From assembly GCA_030295235.1 (NCBI GenBank), contig AP026151.1:744001-808000 (forward strand): a DNA stretch of 64,000 nt, written 5' to 3'. The notes beneath the pieces are model-generated. The model worked only from the letters and a program-made list of their open reading frames with translations, had not been told where the DNA came from and searched no databases. The position numbers were made by a program, and so were the translations under genes. Of this stretch, positions 1 through 12,689 are shown one piece after another (position 1 is the stretch's first letter; each line of letters begins with the position of its first letter). This stretch comes from Fistulifera solaris. Lineage: Eukaryota.

Positions 1-262
1 CGTTTTACAGCATCACGGTTCAGGTGGAAACAGACACATTAACAATAACCTCTCCATCATCACCCCCCGGCCTTTTCAACGTATCATCACCGACAACAAC
101 TGATTGGAAAAGTTGTCCACGGCGCGTTCCAACCTTCCGGTGCTTCAGCACATCAGCAAGTTATTAGGCGTAACGAGTTTTCCTCTTATCTACTTTATTG
201 ATTGCTCGATTTGACTAGTCACTTTTTTACTTATTAGCGTGCCTACTTGCACATTGTGCACC

Positions 263-1333
263 ATGAATGTGAATGACGACAGCTTAGATGATTGCAAGCC
301 TTCCGCGACAAACACGCCGTCTGACATTGCCGATGCTTCAAAGAGCTCGGCTGAACGAAACGCCATGCTATCAACGGGGCTTCTCACAGGTCGTAACACA
401 AGAGAGTTCGCTCATGCACTGAATCATGTATCAACGGAGGACTTGCCAACTTATACAAGAGATCATAACAGTCTTCTCACGTTTCCGGAAAAGGTACCGT
501 ACATCAAGTTGGATCGATCGACTTTTCTACTTCGTTCAATCGTACACTCACGCTCACTTCTTCCGTTTCTTTAGTTCATGTTGTTGATGATATACGTTGA
601 GCGCATCAGTTCTCAAGCTGGTCGGACAATGGAACATGAGGCAATTCATTGGCTAAGAGACGGTACCATGGTTGTCGTTCGCGACCCAGACGAGCTGTAC
701 TCGAAATGGCTCGTTAAGTTTTTTGGCAATTTGAAGTATGATAGTTTCATCCGAAAAGTATACCGATGGGGGTTTCGAAAGTCTCCACCGACTACCTACG
801 ATCTCCCTCCCAGTTTTCATGTCTTTTCACACCGGTGCTTTTGTCGTGATCGGATGGATCAGCTTTGTGAGATGAAAAGCACCACTGCAGTGAAAAGACG
901 TTTCGCCACCAAGGCAGCCAAGGCAGCCGGCCCGCTTAACCGAAGCCAAACAATCGAATTGAAAGCGATTCAGCCAGCTGACACTGGAATCCTTTCAAAC
1001 CCACTCCTATCCAATACAAATATCCAGCAACAGTTTCATTTAGCACCACAGCTTCCAAACTACGCATCAATACTCGCAGAGCAATTACGTAGCCTGCAGA
1101 ATGAGGCCCTTTTAACCGAGTCCATACTTCGCCAATTACAAAACTATGACACCAGCGCGCAGGATTCACTCCGCTTTCAAATGCGGCTCAACCAGCCCGT
1201 ACAACCTTCTCTTCCTTCAATTCAAGAACTCGTTCAGCTAATTCGTCGTCAGAATGCAATCATTTCTCTACAGAGCCCATCGTCAGCGCTGGACGAGCTG
1301 CGTCGCCATCTACGGCAAAATCCGCCGCGCTAG
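263..1333 (+). CDS. Heat-shock-factor (HSF)-type DNA-binding protein, paralogue 1; exons 263-493 and 575-1333
   Basis: Spliced LTFPEK|FMLLM, AIHWLRDG, KYDSFIRKVYRWGFRK and FSHRCFCRD match the HSF winged helix; Q/L-rich tail; GT..AG intron at 494-574. Confidence 0.88.
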
Positions 1334-2228
1334 CGAACATCAACTGTCAACGTATGATCAACCATTCGTCTGCTCTTCTAGTTAGCGTAAGGAAACAGAC
1401 GATGCTGAAAATAGTCCGCAATCAGAGCTCATTAATCTCAATGCAACACATTTGCCGCAACAAATCACACGCCGCTTTTTTCTTGTTTTACGTCAGAAAC
1501 CCTTGTACACAAAACTTCACAGTGACACCTACAGTTAAAGTGCGCAAAGCATCCACTTTTGCGTCAGGCATCAGCCGTCAGCGCCAGCCCTCAGAAATCA
1601 GAACCATAGACCCTCCTATAGACTAGCTAGATCACCCGATTTCAAACAATGCTGTAACTCCTTAGATCTAGCCTAGCGACCAAAACAAATGGGTTCTTTA
1701 CAGCAGCATTCAAGCGTTATTTAACCACGAAAACACGTTGCGATAGTTTATCATCGACCTTCAATCCAAATTCCAATTTCTAATGTCCAAGAAAGCAGAC
1801 ATAGAAAAAACACATGATTTGAAGTCTGCTCAATGTGTCTTGTCGGATGCGGTAATGTTTTAGGTCACGAAGCTTCACGCCCTACCATGTTACCTGGTAG
1901 TGCTTTAAACTTTAAAAGGTACTAATAAAGATTTTCCGCTTAAGCTAGTTAATGGAAACGACGAAGTATGTTACATGTAAAAGTCAAACGGATGGAATAG
2001 GTAGCATTCTCTCTAGTCTCTAGAAGGAGATTGTGCGCTATCAAACGTGCGGTACGTTCTTGTTTTGGTCCTGGTGGCGGCTTGCTAGTTGCCTAGCGAC
2101 GCGTCGTTTAACTATTTATTTACGATGGAATGAGAACTCCACACCTCCTCTCACTCTCAGCTCTCCGCTCGCCGCGCCCAATTCCCAATTCCAGTCACAC
2201 GCACTCTATCAAGACATAAATCAATAAT

Positions 2229-2499
2229 TATAGTTCGACACCCTCTCAAATACGGAGTAACAAAAAACGAATATCGATATTCGCGTTATAATAGCGTATT
2301 ATATCAGGGCCATTTTTGCCAATATCGATATTTATCGATATTCGTACGTCTGACAGACGGAATTGAGGCTTTTCACGTCAGAATGGCTGTAATTTACGGA
2401 CAAAAACAGACGGTTGCGAGTATTAAAAACGGTTATTATATCGTATTATACGATATTGATATTCGTAAAAATCCAAATATCGATATTTGTCGAACTATA
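2229..2499. mobile_element. Putative MITE (~270 bp) with 12-bp perfect terminal inverted repeat
   Basis: TATAGTTCGACA at 2229-2240 and TGTCGAACTATA at 2488-2499; the outer TA may be a target-site duplication; AT-rich non-coding interior with repeated AATATCGATATT palindromes. Confidence 0.6.
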
Positions 2500-3186
2500 G
2501 CTACAATAGCCCGCGCCCAATTGATAGCCTCTACCTATTAGCTTAAACTAAACAGTACCGACACGGTACCGGAATCAAAGCCGGTTTCGCTGGTCATTAA
2601 CTAAATCGAAAGTGCCAGTGAGCGATACAAAATGTACGTACCACGTGTACACAATAATCGATACATAAAGCATCACCGACAACGATAAGACAATCATACT
2701 AGTAGTTTATCCATTAAGAAAAAAGTCTGAAGAATAGAAAAGGAAGAAGAAGAAGAAGCTTTTCGGTTTTGGTCACTGTTTTCGCGCCATTGATCGAGTA
2801 CTGGTTGCTGTGGGACTGAAGACTGAAGTGTCCGTGGAAAGTGGAGACATTTCTGGGACAGTAAGAGGACTACTTTCTGCACTATTGGTGAATAAGAAAT
2901 CTCCCCGATCAGTCTCACATTCAACATGCTGCTATAATCTAATCGCTGGTGGCGAGTGCAACATAAGTGCGAAGCCAACCGACAACAACCATAATTTTTG
3001 CTGCCTCGCTTTTCGCACGAACTTTTCTTGAACCGTCAACTTATCTCCAACTTATTCACAGGTCCTCCATCATCATTATATTATCGACCATTAGGCCTCT
3101 ATAAACTTAGTATTCGATTCTCTGTGCGATCGGCTGCGCTGTGAATAGGTTCAAATATCCTCTTTGCATCAGTCGCTTCTGTCGCC

Positions 3187-4259
3187 ATGGACGATAGTTC
3201 GAGCAGCGAAGATGGTAAACCTTCCGCGAGAGAAGCCATTTCCCCAGTTGCACAAGCTGTCGTTCTGAATAAAACAGGTCAAAAGGACGAAGCCGCCAAC
3301 AGTCGACGTAGTGGAAACACAAAAGAGTTTTACCACGCGTTAAATCATCTTCCAACGGAAAGGATTCCTTCATATACAAGAGAATTTGACAGCATACTAA
3401 CATTTCCCGAAAAGGTAAGTTACTCCTCTATTCTGCTCGTCCCACCTGATCCACATGTCTCACTATCCATCTTTGATTCATCTAGTTCATGTTGATGATT
3501 GTATTCGTCGAGCGTGCGAGCTCCAGCGCCGGTCGAAGAATGGAACAGGAGGCAATCCATTGGGCTGCGAATGGTACAGCTGTCGTTGTCCGCGACCCTG
3601 AGGAGCTCTACTTGACCTGGCTCAGACGCTTCTTTGGCAACTTAAAGTACGACAGCTTCATTAGGAAGGTTTACCGTTGGGGTTTCCGAAAATCACCGCC
3701 AAACACCTGCGATCTTCCGCAGAACTGTCACGTGTTTTCGCACCCATACTTTTGCCGAGACCAGCTGGATCAGCTCTGCGAGATGAAAAGTACACCGGTC
3801 ATCAGGAGTCGCTCAAGACCGAATAAACCCGAAGCAACCAAGCCTTATGAACAGAGTCAAGCTATAGGACAAAATGCGGTTCAAGCGGCTGCAATCACTG
3901 CAAACTCTCTCCACACTCTATCAAATCCACTTCGATCCCTTGCTGATATGCCGCAGTTTTATTTAGCCCCGCAAATCCCCAATGAAGCATCGATACTGGC
4001 ACAGCAGCTTCTGAACCTCCAAACCCGGGCCCTTCTTTCAAATTCGATGCTCCGTCAGTCGCACAACGACGCAGCGTTGAGTGCCGATGCCCTGCAAATA
4101 TTAAGACTGCGACTGCAACTAAACCAGCCGCTAGTGCAGCCATCGGTGGAAGAGATGTTGCAGCTGTTTCATGACCAGAATGCGAGCAACCAAATACCAA
4201 GTTCGGTAGCCAGCGTGGAAGAGTTATTACGTCTGTTGCGACAAAACCCTCCTCGCTAA
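3187..4259 (+). CDS. HSF-type DNA-binding protein, paralogue 2; exons 3187-3414 and 3486-4259
   Basis: Same HSF motifs and same intron position as paralogue 1; identical C-terminus LRQNPPR. Confidence 0.88.
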
Positions 4260-4751
4260 TCTTTTCACTTCACCAGACGATGAATGAAAAGCCTCCAAGT
4301 GGAAGCTCAGAATCAAGCGCCCTTCAGTTGTAGGGGAGAATCGATTCTCACGTATTCGAGTTGAGTACTTTGACAGTGCTGTTCTCGGTGCCGAGATGAA
4401 CCCTGGAGTAATACAAGTACCAGGTAGAGACAACCGAGTTGCTATGATTCTTGTCTCAGACCGTTCGAGTCTTGATGCTGCGACGCCATTTCAATATCAG
4501 CCCAAACACGGAAGATCAGCATAAAGCTTACTAGTAGCCAACTCGTTTCTCGCACTGCTTTCTTCCCCCCGCCGTACGTTACTCTTTTCTACGGATGGAT
4601 CTCGCAACTCGTGGACATCTTCTTGACGGTGCCATCCCACATGCTGGGACCATTCGTCACGGACTCCGCGTTTCTCCACCGGACTTTCTTTCAAAACTTG
4701 TCGAACCAGTTCTTCTTCGTCATCGACGGTTGCTGACTTGTCTTGACTCAT
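4227..4751 (-). CDS. Hypothetical protein, possibly two exons (4751-4532 and 4477-4227)
   Basis: ATG ORF MSQDKSATVDDEEE joins in frame to the 4227-4433 ORF through a GTAAGC..GCAG 54-nt intron; no recognisable domain. Confidence 0.3.
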
Positions 4752-5063
4752 ATTTGTTATTGCTGCTCAAGAGATGCAGAAGCGACATCGTTCGAAGAAA
4801 AAACTAAGGTTTATTAGAATGACTATACAGTATAAAATGACCGTTCTCAAAAATCGTTCCGGTACTAATGTAGGTTTGTACAATGCCTTTTAGTAACGGT
4901 TCCCTATGGACTCTTTCCGCCGCGTTTTTCACCGCATTTTCATTTTTTTTTTCTCGTCCTCTCTTTTCATGTTACGGAGTATTATATAATCTTCTTACCT
5001 TCTAATTCCTCTCTGTCTGGAATATCTCTCGACCTTGTCACTTTTCTTTTCTAATATCTTTTC

Positions 5064-5253
5064 ATGCCACGAGCTTCCTTTTTTACCTCGCGGCGGTCCC
5101 GCTGTCGCATTAGTGGTTACAATATCGGCAGCTATGGGCGCCGTGTATTACAGTCACTACGCGCAAGTGCGTGACAAGGCCGTAATGCGAGAGGGAGTCG
5201 AACGCGACAAAGAACGAGTGCGTATGATGCGTCAGAAGCAACAACAACAATAA
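5064..5253 (+). CDS. PET117: PET117 cytochrome c oxidase assembly factor (one homopolymer frameshift)
   Basis: Hydrophobic helix followed by YYSHYAQVRDKAVMREGVERDKER; the ATG at 5064 is put out of frame by the T6 run at 5079-5084. Confidence 0.72.
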
Positions 5254-5397
5254 CAGCAGCAATCATCCTCATCACAATGATTGCTAACAGAGAAAAGCAA
5301 TGTAGAAATGTATTGCATCCCATAATTTGTACAGTTCGCAATATAAGGCAAACTTTAGAAAATATTAACATCCACCAAAACTGAGAACGATATCGTA

Positions 5398-6546
5398 CTA
5401 CCGCTGCTCTGCATTCTCGGCTCGTTCCGGAAAATCCATGAGCGCGTTCGTTGCTGCCGCAAGCGTAATCATCCCCGCCCCTATCCAACCTTGCAGTCCT
5501 CCCAAACTTTCTCCTAGCCACCAACTGGAAAAGAAAGCTCCGTAGACGGGATCCATGGCATAGATCACCGACGCCCGCTCCGCCGAAATTCCTTTTTGTG
5601 CCTTGGACTGTATCCAGTTCGTCAACGCTGTCGCGACTCCTCCCAAATACACAATTTCCCAACCATGCTCCGTGGCAGTCCGCCACAACGCATCACCCAC
5701 GTCCAGCGGAACCGCATTCCAACACGTCCAAATTGCCGAAAGCGTCGCTACCACCCACATTGACGCCGCATTGAACTCGGCCGCATTCGCCACTTGGGCC
5801 GATGCCTGTTCTAAACGCAATATAAACATGGCCGAGGCCATGGCAGCGGCGACCGACCAGGCATCACCAATATTCAAATCATTGAGACCTTCACTGGCAG
5901 AGCCGGCCGTCGCCAAGAGTGCGGTACCGGTAAATGCCACGAGTGCTGACAGCAGTGTCGAACGACGAATGGTGCGTCCCAACAAAAGGTACGCCAAAAA
6001 GGGAACGAATTTGACATTGAGATACAATAGGAAACCCGATTTTTGTGCCGTCGTGTATTCCAAGCCTATAGCTTGGAAACTAAAGCCCAGAAACATCCAA
6101 AATCCCATTTCCAGCCCCCATCGCCAGGTTTGTGCCGCTTCTTTCGTGTCGATTGCTGGATTCCACAACCGTGATACGCCCGGAGTAAACGGTGCCGCCA
6201 GCAGAGCTGCTAAACCAAACCTCAACAAAGTAAAGAAACTCGCATCACTGCTTTCCATGACTTGTTTGATCACGGCATGTTGACTGCCCCATATGACGGC
6301 TACAACATTTAACAACAGCACCGAGGATGTCGTCGTTGTGGAAGTAGGATGTGTTTCGTGACTTGGCAACGAGGATAAATGAGTTTTTGGTTCTACTGTT
6401 TCACAAGGAGCGTCGACATTCAGATTTGTCATCTTTTTCTCCATGCCCAACTGGCTGCGAACCAAGAATCGATCATGGGGAATATTGTTCAGTGACCGTC
6501 GAGTGCAGAAACAGCACAACGAAATGAATGCTGCTTTGCTCCTCAT
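5398..6546 (-). CDS. EamA/DMT-family transporter
   Basis: About 10 TM helices; motifs IWGS, LRF, GLEYTTAQKSGFL, IGD, AQKGISAERASVIYAMDPVYG. Confidence 0.88.
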   Translation of the reverse strand: MRSKAAFISLCCFCTRRSLNNIPHDRFLVRSQLGMEKKMTNLNVDAPCETVEPKTHLSSLPSHETHPTSTTTTSSVLLLNVVAVIWGSQHAVIKQVMESSDASFFTLLRFGLAALLAAPFTPGVSRLWNPAIDTKEAAQTWRWGLEMGFWMFLGFSFQAIGLEYTTAQKSGFLLYLNVKFVPFLAYLLLGRTIRRSTLLSALVAFTGTALLATAGSASEGLNDLNIGDAWSVAAAMASAMFILRLEQASAQVANAAEFNAASMWVVATLSAIWTCWNAVPLDVGDALWRTATEHGWEIVYLGGVATALTNWIQSKAQKGISAERASVIYAMDPVYGAFFSSWWLGESLGGLQGWIGAGMITLAAATNALMDFPERAENAEQR

Positions 6547-6928
6547 TTTCCTTCCAGCTTGCTTATATCAATAGTTGAGTGCGCTTCAGTTCTACGGTCA
6601 TCAATGTTGAAAAACTAGCATTAAAAATAAATATAGAATGATCGTTTGATCTCACTTGATGATGGATTATGTTTCTGCGATGGTGTTATTGTTGAGGAAA
6701 AAAATATTTGTACCGACTCAACTACTATTCAGTCCCGGAATCGAACTAAAGGTGTCTTAATAGATGCCTATAAACAGCCCGCCGGTGAAATCTTGTGCTA
6801 GAATACTGCAGCAATTTGAACTGTGTTATGTATGCGATGTAATCTATTCGAGCTTTTCGGCTCTATTATCTACGAAATGTGTAATATTTACAGAAGTAGG
6901 ATCGTCAGCGTCAAACCATTCGGTCGAA

Positions 6929-8743
6929 TTAGATCATGCCCGACAAAATCGTCGCCGCGACCATCAAACTCAACCAATCAGACGCATGGATATTCGCACT
7001 TCCTTGTGAATCGGTGCTTTCTGAAGGCTCCTGTATTAATGTGGGCACGATACTTTCCGTCGCGTTGCGAAACATTGACGGTGTCGACGGTGTCAATTCG
7101 GAACACTCGGTCGTGTTGGTGGTACCGAATAGACGTGGCATAGTGGTTTCGGTCGCGGTAGGGGCTTCCCACGTCGAAGCACAGAATTCAAATGGAATAT
7201 TGTAAGCACAAGTCCAGGGCAAGCCCGAGAAGGTTTGTCGGGGATAATATAAAATAAAGACAATGCACATTTCTTCTCGCGAAGACAGGCCAAAGTGAAC
7301 TTTTCCGCCGTCATGCTGACGAACCGATTGATACCGGCACGTCGTTCGAAAGGAATCACCCGGTAAGACTTGATACGGATCTTGTTGCACTGCTTGATTG
7401 CCCTGTTGATGAAAGTCGAAAAAATCAATTTGCGCCAGGTGGACGACCTCACCATCGCCGCGTACTACTTCATTCCGTGCTTGTGCCCCGTGGGCGTGCA
7501 TATGCAAATATTCCCGCAAAATCGTCACGGGTTCGGTCAAGATGGTGCCAGTACAAGACGATGGACAGGAAAAAATATGGTCTCCGGCACCCACGGCGGT
7601 TCCCGACAATTGCACAAAGGGATCGCCCAATTGCAAGACACTGGCTTCGATGGGTCGCATCTCGGTGGTATAATAAAACTGCACCGCCGTACTATCTTGA
7701 ATGCCCGAGACTAGATGTACATTGTCATAGTGCACTTCCATGAGGAAGCTCGTCGAATACCCCGGTCCGGCGTAGAGAGCGACATCGTCGGGAAATGCCG
7801 TCGCCTCCTCCCCCTGGTCCCCACACATATCTTCATCAAAACGCGACAATAAGAATAATTCCTCTTTGGATCCACAGCAAACATGTATTAACTTACACCA
7901 TGGTACGCTCGAGAGAATCACATTTATCATCGGGGAAGCCATAAATAGTCAGATGATGTACATGGGCCAGTTGATCAATGAGTGGTTCTACTCCAATGAT
8001 CGAAATGGGCTGATCCTCCGGAACCCCCTGCCCTACCATATCCGTAACATTCAAGCAAAAATCGGCGTACTCGGTTTCTTGTGCCGAAATCGTATAATTG
8101 ACGGCCGCGACACGAAAGGCTTGTGCCGCTTGCATACGCGTCGCAAAGTCAAGCACATCCTCCTCTTGTGTCCACTGTATGGCGCCACGAACCCGATGAT
8201 TCGGTCCATGATACTCCGCCTGCGGCGTATCACCCCACGCCACAATGATCCGCGAGGGAGGAACACCGACTGCCGTCACAATCGGACGATCTTGCCCATC
8301 GGCAGTGTCCAGAGCGCGCGTCACTTGGACCATTAAAAATTCGTCGGTCACCTGCCACGCTTGCAATTCCCAATCCTGTCGACAATCCGTGACAGGCTGC
8401 AGCTCGTCCAGTACGTGGGCATCGCGCACTTGGTCGGGTTGTGCCGTTTCAAACAAAAACAAGTCGGCACCCCGCATCCCCCCATTTTCCGACAAACCAA
8501 ATCCCAACCATCCCGTGGCACGGGCCACTACCGCCAATTGTAATTGCTCGTCGATGATTGACCAATGAAGTGCGGCGCCGGAGGTCGACGCGTCGGACAG
8601 AAAAATCGACGCATTATAGATACCTTTACCGTTTCGTACCATTCGATATACTCGTCATTTCCTCCAAAATAAGTCGAATAATCGCTACTGCCGCTCGCGG
8701 ATGCAATCCAGAGAAACAAAAGAAGGGAAACAGGCAATCTCAT
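6929..8743 (-). CDS. Secreted or anchored DOMON + copper type II monooxygenase (DBH/MOXD1-like)
   Basis: Signal peptide; DOMON GWLGFGLSENGGMRGAD; Cu ligands HVHH, EVHY, HMH and EEMC; hydrophobic C-terminus. Needs an intron near 7831-7895 and indels near 8632 and 7810. Confidence 0.85.
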
Positions 8744-9592
8744 GGTTCATTAAGTATGTTGCACAATGCGAAGAATACTCGCAAGCGGAGAAAAGTCTGA
8801 CTTGGCTCTATGCACTCCGACATGGTCGACGAAACACCGAAAGTATCATTCATTTTCGTATCGTGTCAAAATTGCATTCCGGGCGTGATGTGCCAAAAGA
8901 ATTTATGCATTTTCTTTGCGGAGTCGAAAGAAAAGGAAGAATGAGAAGGAGATAGCGAGGACGACTCCTTCCATTCTTTTGTCACAAGATTTTCTCTACG
9001 AAAAAAATAATACGACGGACGACGGCGAAACTTTCCCTCCCAAAATAAATTCTAATACCACGAAACCTCAAACGTGCCATCTTCACACCGTACGTCGTAC
9101 CGCGTAACCTTACCGCGTTCCTCGTTCTGCGCTGTTCTACAGTCATAATTGTAGAAACTCTGACGCCGGTCCTTCGCGTACATATTCAGATACAGTAAGT
9201 TACAGTGATTTGTGACAGCCGTCCACGTACCCAAGATGTCGGATCAAACCTATCTCTACAAAAATCTATCCAGCCGGAGATGATTGGTTACTTATTGGAG
9301 AATGTCCCCAATCCCTGATCCAAGGTACACTCGATACGATAACGAAAACCACTTCAGTCTTGGGTCACCGGTAACCCAAGATCCACAAAGAGAAGGTTGC
9401 CTTCATAATTATGGTGCACTTTGGCTCTTCGAGTTTCCAGCGTATGTGTGTTGTTTGTGTTTTCACATCCAAACAACCCAGTCGGCAAGCAATCTTCGCG
9501 CAACCTGCTTCATTGCAACCAAAAGTCTTTTGATAGTTATTATCTGCTGTAGGCAATTAAACCTCGCAAACATCACACGTTCCCTTGCCTCG

Positions 9593-10140
9593 ATGAACAT
9601 GGCCGAATACTCGTCTCCCACCAAACAGCCCAAATACAAATTGTTTTGGCGCAAAAGGATCGAAAGGGAGCCAATAAGACGGTCGATACTTCCAATATTC
9701 TACCGGCGTTCGAACATCCCTGCGAGTTTCACTCGTCCTTCGCTACATCTTCGACGTTCCACGAATCCGATACATCCTTCTTGTCGACTGGTTGTTTCGA
9801 TGATGACGACATGGACACCTGTCGTCGTTCTTCTTTGAGTCCCTCATTGCGATCCACACGGAATGCCCTGAGTTCCATTCCACCACCACCGCCCCTCGTC
9901 CTGGAGCCACTTCACACGTTGGAGCCATTACCGGATCACACATCGACCAGTCTGGATTCGGAGGAAGAATACGCGGAAGAGTTGCAGGAACAAGAACTCA
10001 TTGCGCTGGCCATGGAAATGAGTTTGCGAGAGACGAATACTCCTCTCTCATCTCAGGAAGAAGACGAAGACGAACGATTGGCGCGATTGGAGCAGGAGCA
10101 ATTGGAGCGGGCTTTGCAAGCGTCTTGTACCGATTTATGA
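9593..10140 (+). CDS. Low-complexity protein with two ubiquitin-interacting motifs (UIM)
   Basis: EQELIALAMEMSLRE and EQEQLERALQAS; frameshift at the A4 run 9653-9656. Confidence 0.6.
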
Positions 10141-10540
10141 AATGGCGAACAGACTAGCAATGATACTAATAGCTACGCTCCATAAAGTTAAATCAGGTTA
10201 AATGCTTATAAACAGTTTATTGTCCTCTTTAGTTTGAAGCCAAGTCGTCCTCGAATGATTTGATAGTCGGTAAACTGAGTCGTCCATGCGTGCTTGAGAC
10301 GGAAGCATAACTTTCTACGTGGTGCTTGTAACTGTCAGCAATGCATGTTGACAATAAACACAACTCACTCATCCTGAAGTGATTGATGTTTAGAGATGAT
10401 ATTTATTATTATTTGAAATAGGTCAATGTTCCGAGCAATCCCACGAAAACTACTGCGTGTTGAAGTAGTGGAGACCAAGGTGGAGACGGATGGGCCACCC
10501 GACTCAACTCGAATCCGGTCCCGTATAGACCGAACAATTC

Positions 10541-10815
10541 ATTCCAGAATATCTGGTATTCAGACAGAATTTCTGTTGGATCGAAAAACCACCTATTCCA
10601 GAATTTCTGGAAAATGTTCGAACGAACAACACCGATTCCAGAAATTCTGGAATGAAAACAATTTTTGTTGGTTCGAAAAACAGCGATTCCACATTTGTTG
10701 GAACGTCCACAAAATCTCGGTCTGATGCGAAAACTAAATGACTTCGAGAACTTCTGGAATGTTCACACAGAATATCTGTTTGACTGAAAACACAATATTT
10801 CCAGAAATTCTGGAA
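10541..10815. repeat. Degenerate array of the palindrome TTCCAGAAWTTCTGGAA
   Basis: About six copies, near 10542, 10596, 10636, 10687 (degenerate), 10743 and 10799, separated by related A/C-rich spacers. Confidence 0.75.
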
Positions 10816-11178
10816 AGTGAATCAATCTTTCAGCTTTGATAATGAACCACACATGACAGATCACGACATTGTTACTGTATTATAAGCTCTCATAGGACTT
10901 GTTGATTGTGTTGGATGATGTTGTTGTCTTGGTTTGGATGAATGAGTATTTCTTATTATCCTTCGTTTGCGAAATCGGCGCGAAAGCCTACTATGGTCTA
11001 AAGTGTAAGCAACTATTTTCTTACGGTACTCGGTACGACATATGTCAGAAAGAAACGTGAATGATGTCAGTTATTGTCACCATTTTTTGCGTTTTTCGAG
11101 GACGGCTTTCTTGTTGATGAGAAAGATTGGTGCTTACAAAAGGTATAACATATTTTTTCACCATTATCACAGACAAGA

Positions 11179-12689
11179 ATGAAGCTTCCTGCTATCACGC
11201 TAATCATTGGCTGCGCCATTTGGCAGAAATACGCCCAAGCCTTGGCGGCGCATCCGTTGGCCAAGACGGCCGAGCATTTGCCGTTGGCACAACAAGCGAT
11301 GGAATACATCAACCAAAGTACCGATCCGTTTCATGCCGTACAAACATCCATTCGTACCTTACAACAAGCCGGTTTTGTCGAACTCGAGGAAACCGATGAG
11401 CCTCTATTAAAAATACAACCGGGTGGAAAGTATTACATGACACGGAATCGATCAACGCTCGTGGCCTTTGCCGTCGGACAACAATACAACCCCCAAGCAG
11501 GATTTCAAATCATTGGAGGACATACCGATAGCCCCAATTTGCGCGTCAAACCCCGGAGCAAACGCACCGCCAATGGCTGTATCCAACTCGGTGTCGAATG
11601 TTACGGGGTGGTTTGTGGTATACGTGGTTTGATCGCGATTTGGGATTGTCGGGACGCGTGTTGGTGCGTCAATCCGATGATACGATTCAGCAACAACTCG
11701 TACAAATCGATCGCGCCTTATTGCGGATCTCCAATTTGGCCATTCATTTGCAAACGGCCAAAGAGAGAGATGCATTTGCCTTCAATAAAGAAGATCATTT
11801 GTCACCGATTTTGGCCATGGAAGTCAAAAAGGCATTGACCGGAACTTCTGAAAAAACGGAGGAAGACAATAACAAAAAAGATGGTTGGACGGAACATCAA
11901 GAACCGGCTTTATTGCAAATACTGGCACACGAATTGCAAGTCGAAACATCGCAAATTGTGGATTTCGAATTGTGTTTGTTTGATACACAAAAAGCGGCAC
12001 TTGGTGGAGCCTATTCGGAATTTCTTCATGCGGGTCGATTGGACAATTTGGCCAGCTGTTTCATGGCTGTACAGGCTTTAACACATCATGTACAAGAAAA
12101 GAAACTCGATCAAGCGTCGGGCATTGCCATGATTGTCTTGTACGATCATGAAGAAGTGGGCAGCAGTTCGGCGGTCGGCGCGGCATCTCCGATCATGACC
12201 GAAACCATCCGCCGCATCACCACAGCACTCAATGATCAACGACAAGATTTGGAACTATACAATCAAGTCATTTCACGGTCGTTTTGTTTGAGTGCCGATC
12301 AAGCCCATGCCATACATCCGAACTACGCGGGCAAACACGAGAAGCTGCATCAACCGGCCATGAACGCGGGGATGGTCATTAAACGCAATACCAATCAACG
12401 CTACGCAACGACGGTACTGACGGGGGTCCTCATGCGGGAAGTGGCGCGTCGTGCGCAATTGCCACCACTCCAAGAATTCATGATACGACAAGATTGTGGA
12501 TGTGGCAGTACGATCGGGCCACTCATCAGTGAAAGGACCGGAATGCGGACCATCGATATGGGATGTCCGCAATTATCGATGCACAGTATTCGTGAAACCA
12601 TGGGAGTTTGTGACTTGACGAATGGATTGAATCTATTTCGAGCATTCTTCGAACACTTTCCGCAAGTCGATGCGTCCGTGGGAAAATAA
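11179..12689 (+). CDS. DNPEP: Aspartyl aminopeptidase (peptidase M18)
   Basis: GHTDSP, YGGGLWYTWFDRDL, RLDNL, DHEEVGS, AHAIHPNY, CGSTIGP, LSMHSIRE; one G missing in the run at 11605-11608. Confidence 0.93.

Noticed and set aside
5603..6283. Long antisense ORFs (e.g. 5603-6283, 15199-15798, 18963-19616, 36266-36916, 54309-54887)
   Set aside because: They are shadows of well-supported genes on the opposite strand and carry no domain motifs.
11598..11620. Programmed ribosomal frameshifting in DNPEP and other split genes
   Set aside because: Shifts go in both directions at unrelated homopolymers with no shared slippery motif; sequencing error is simpler.
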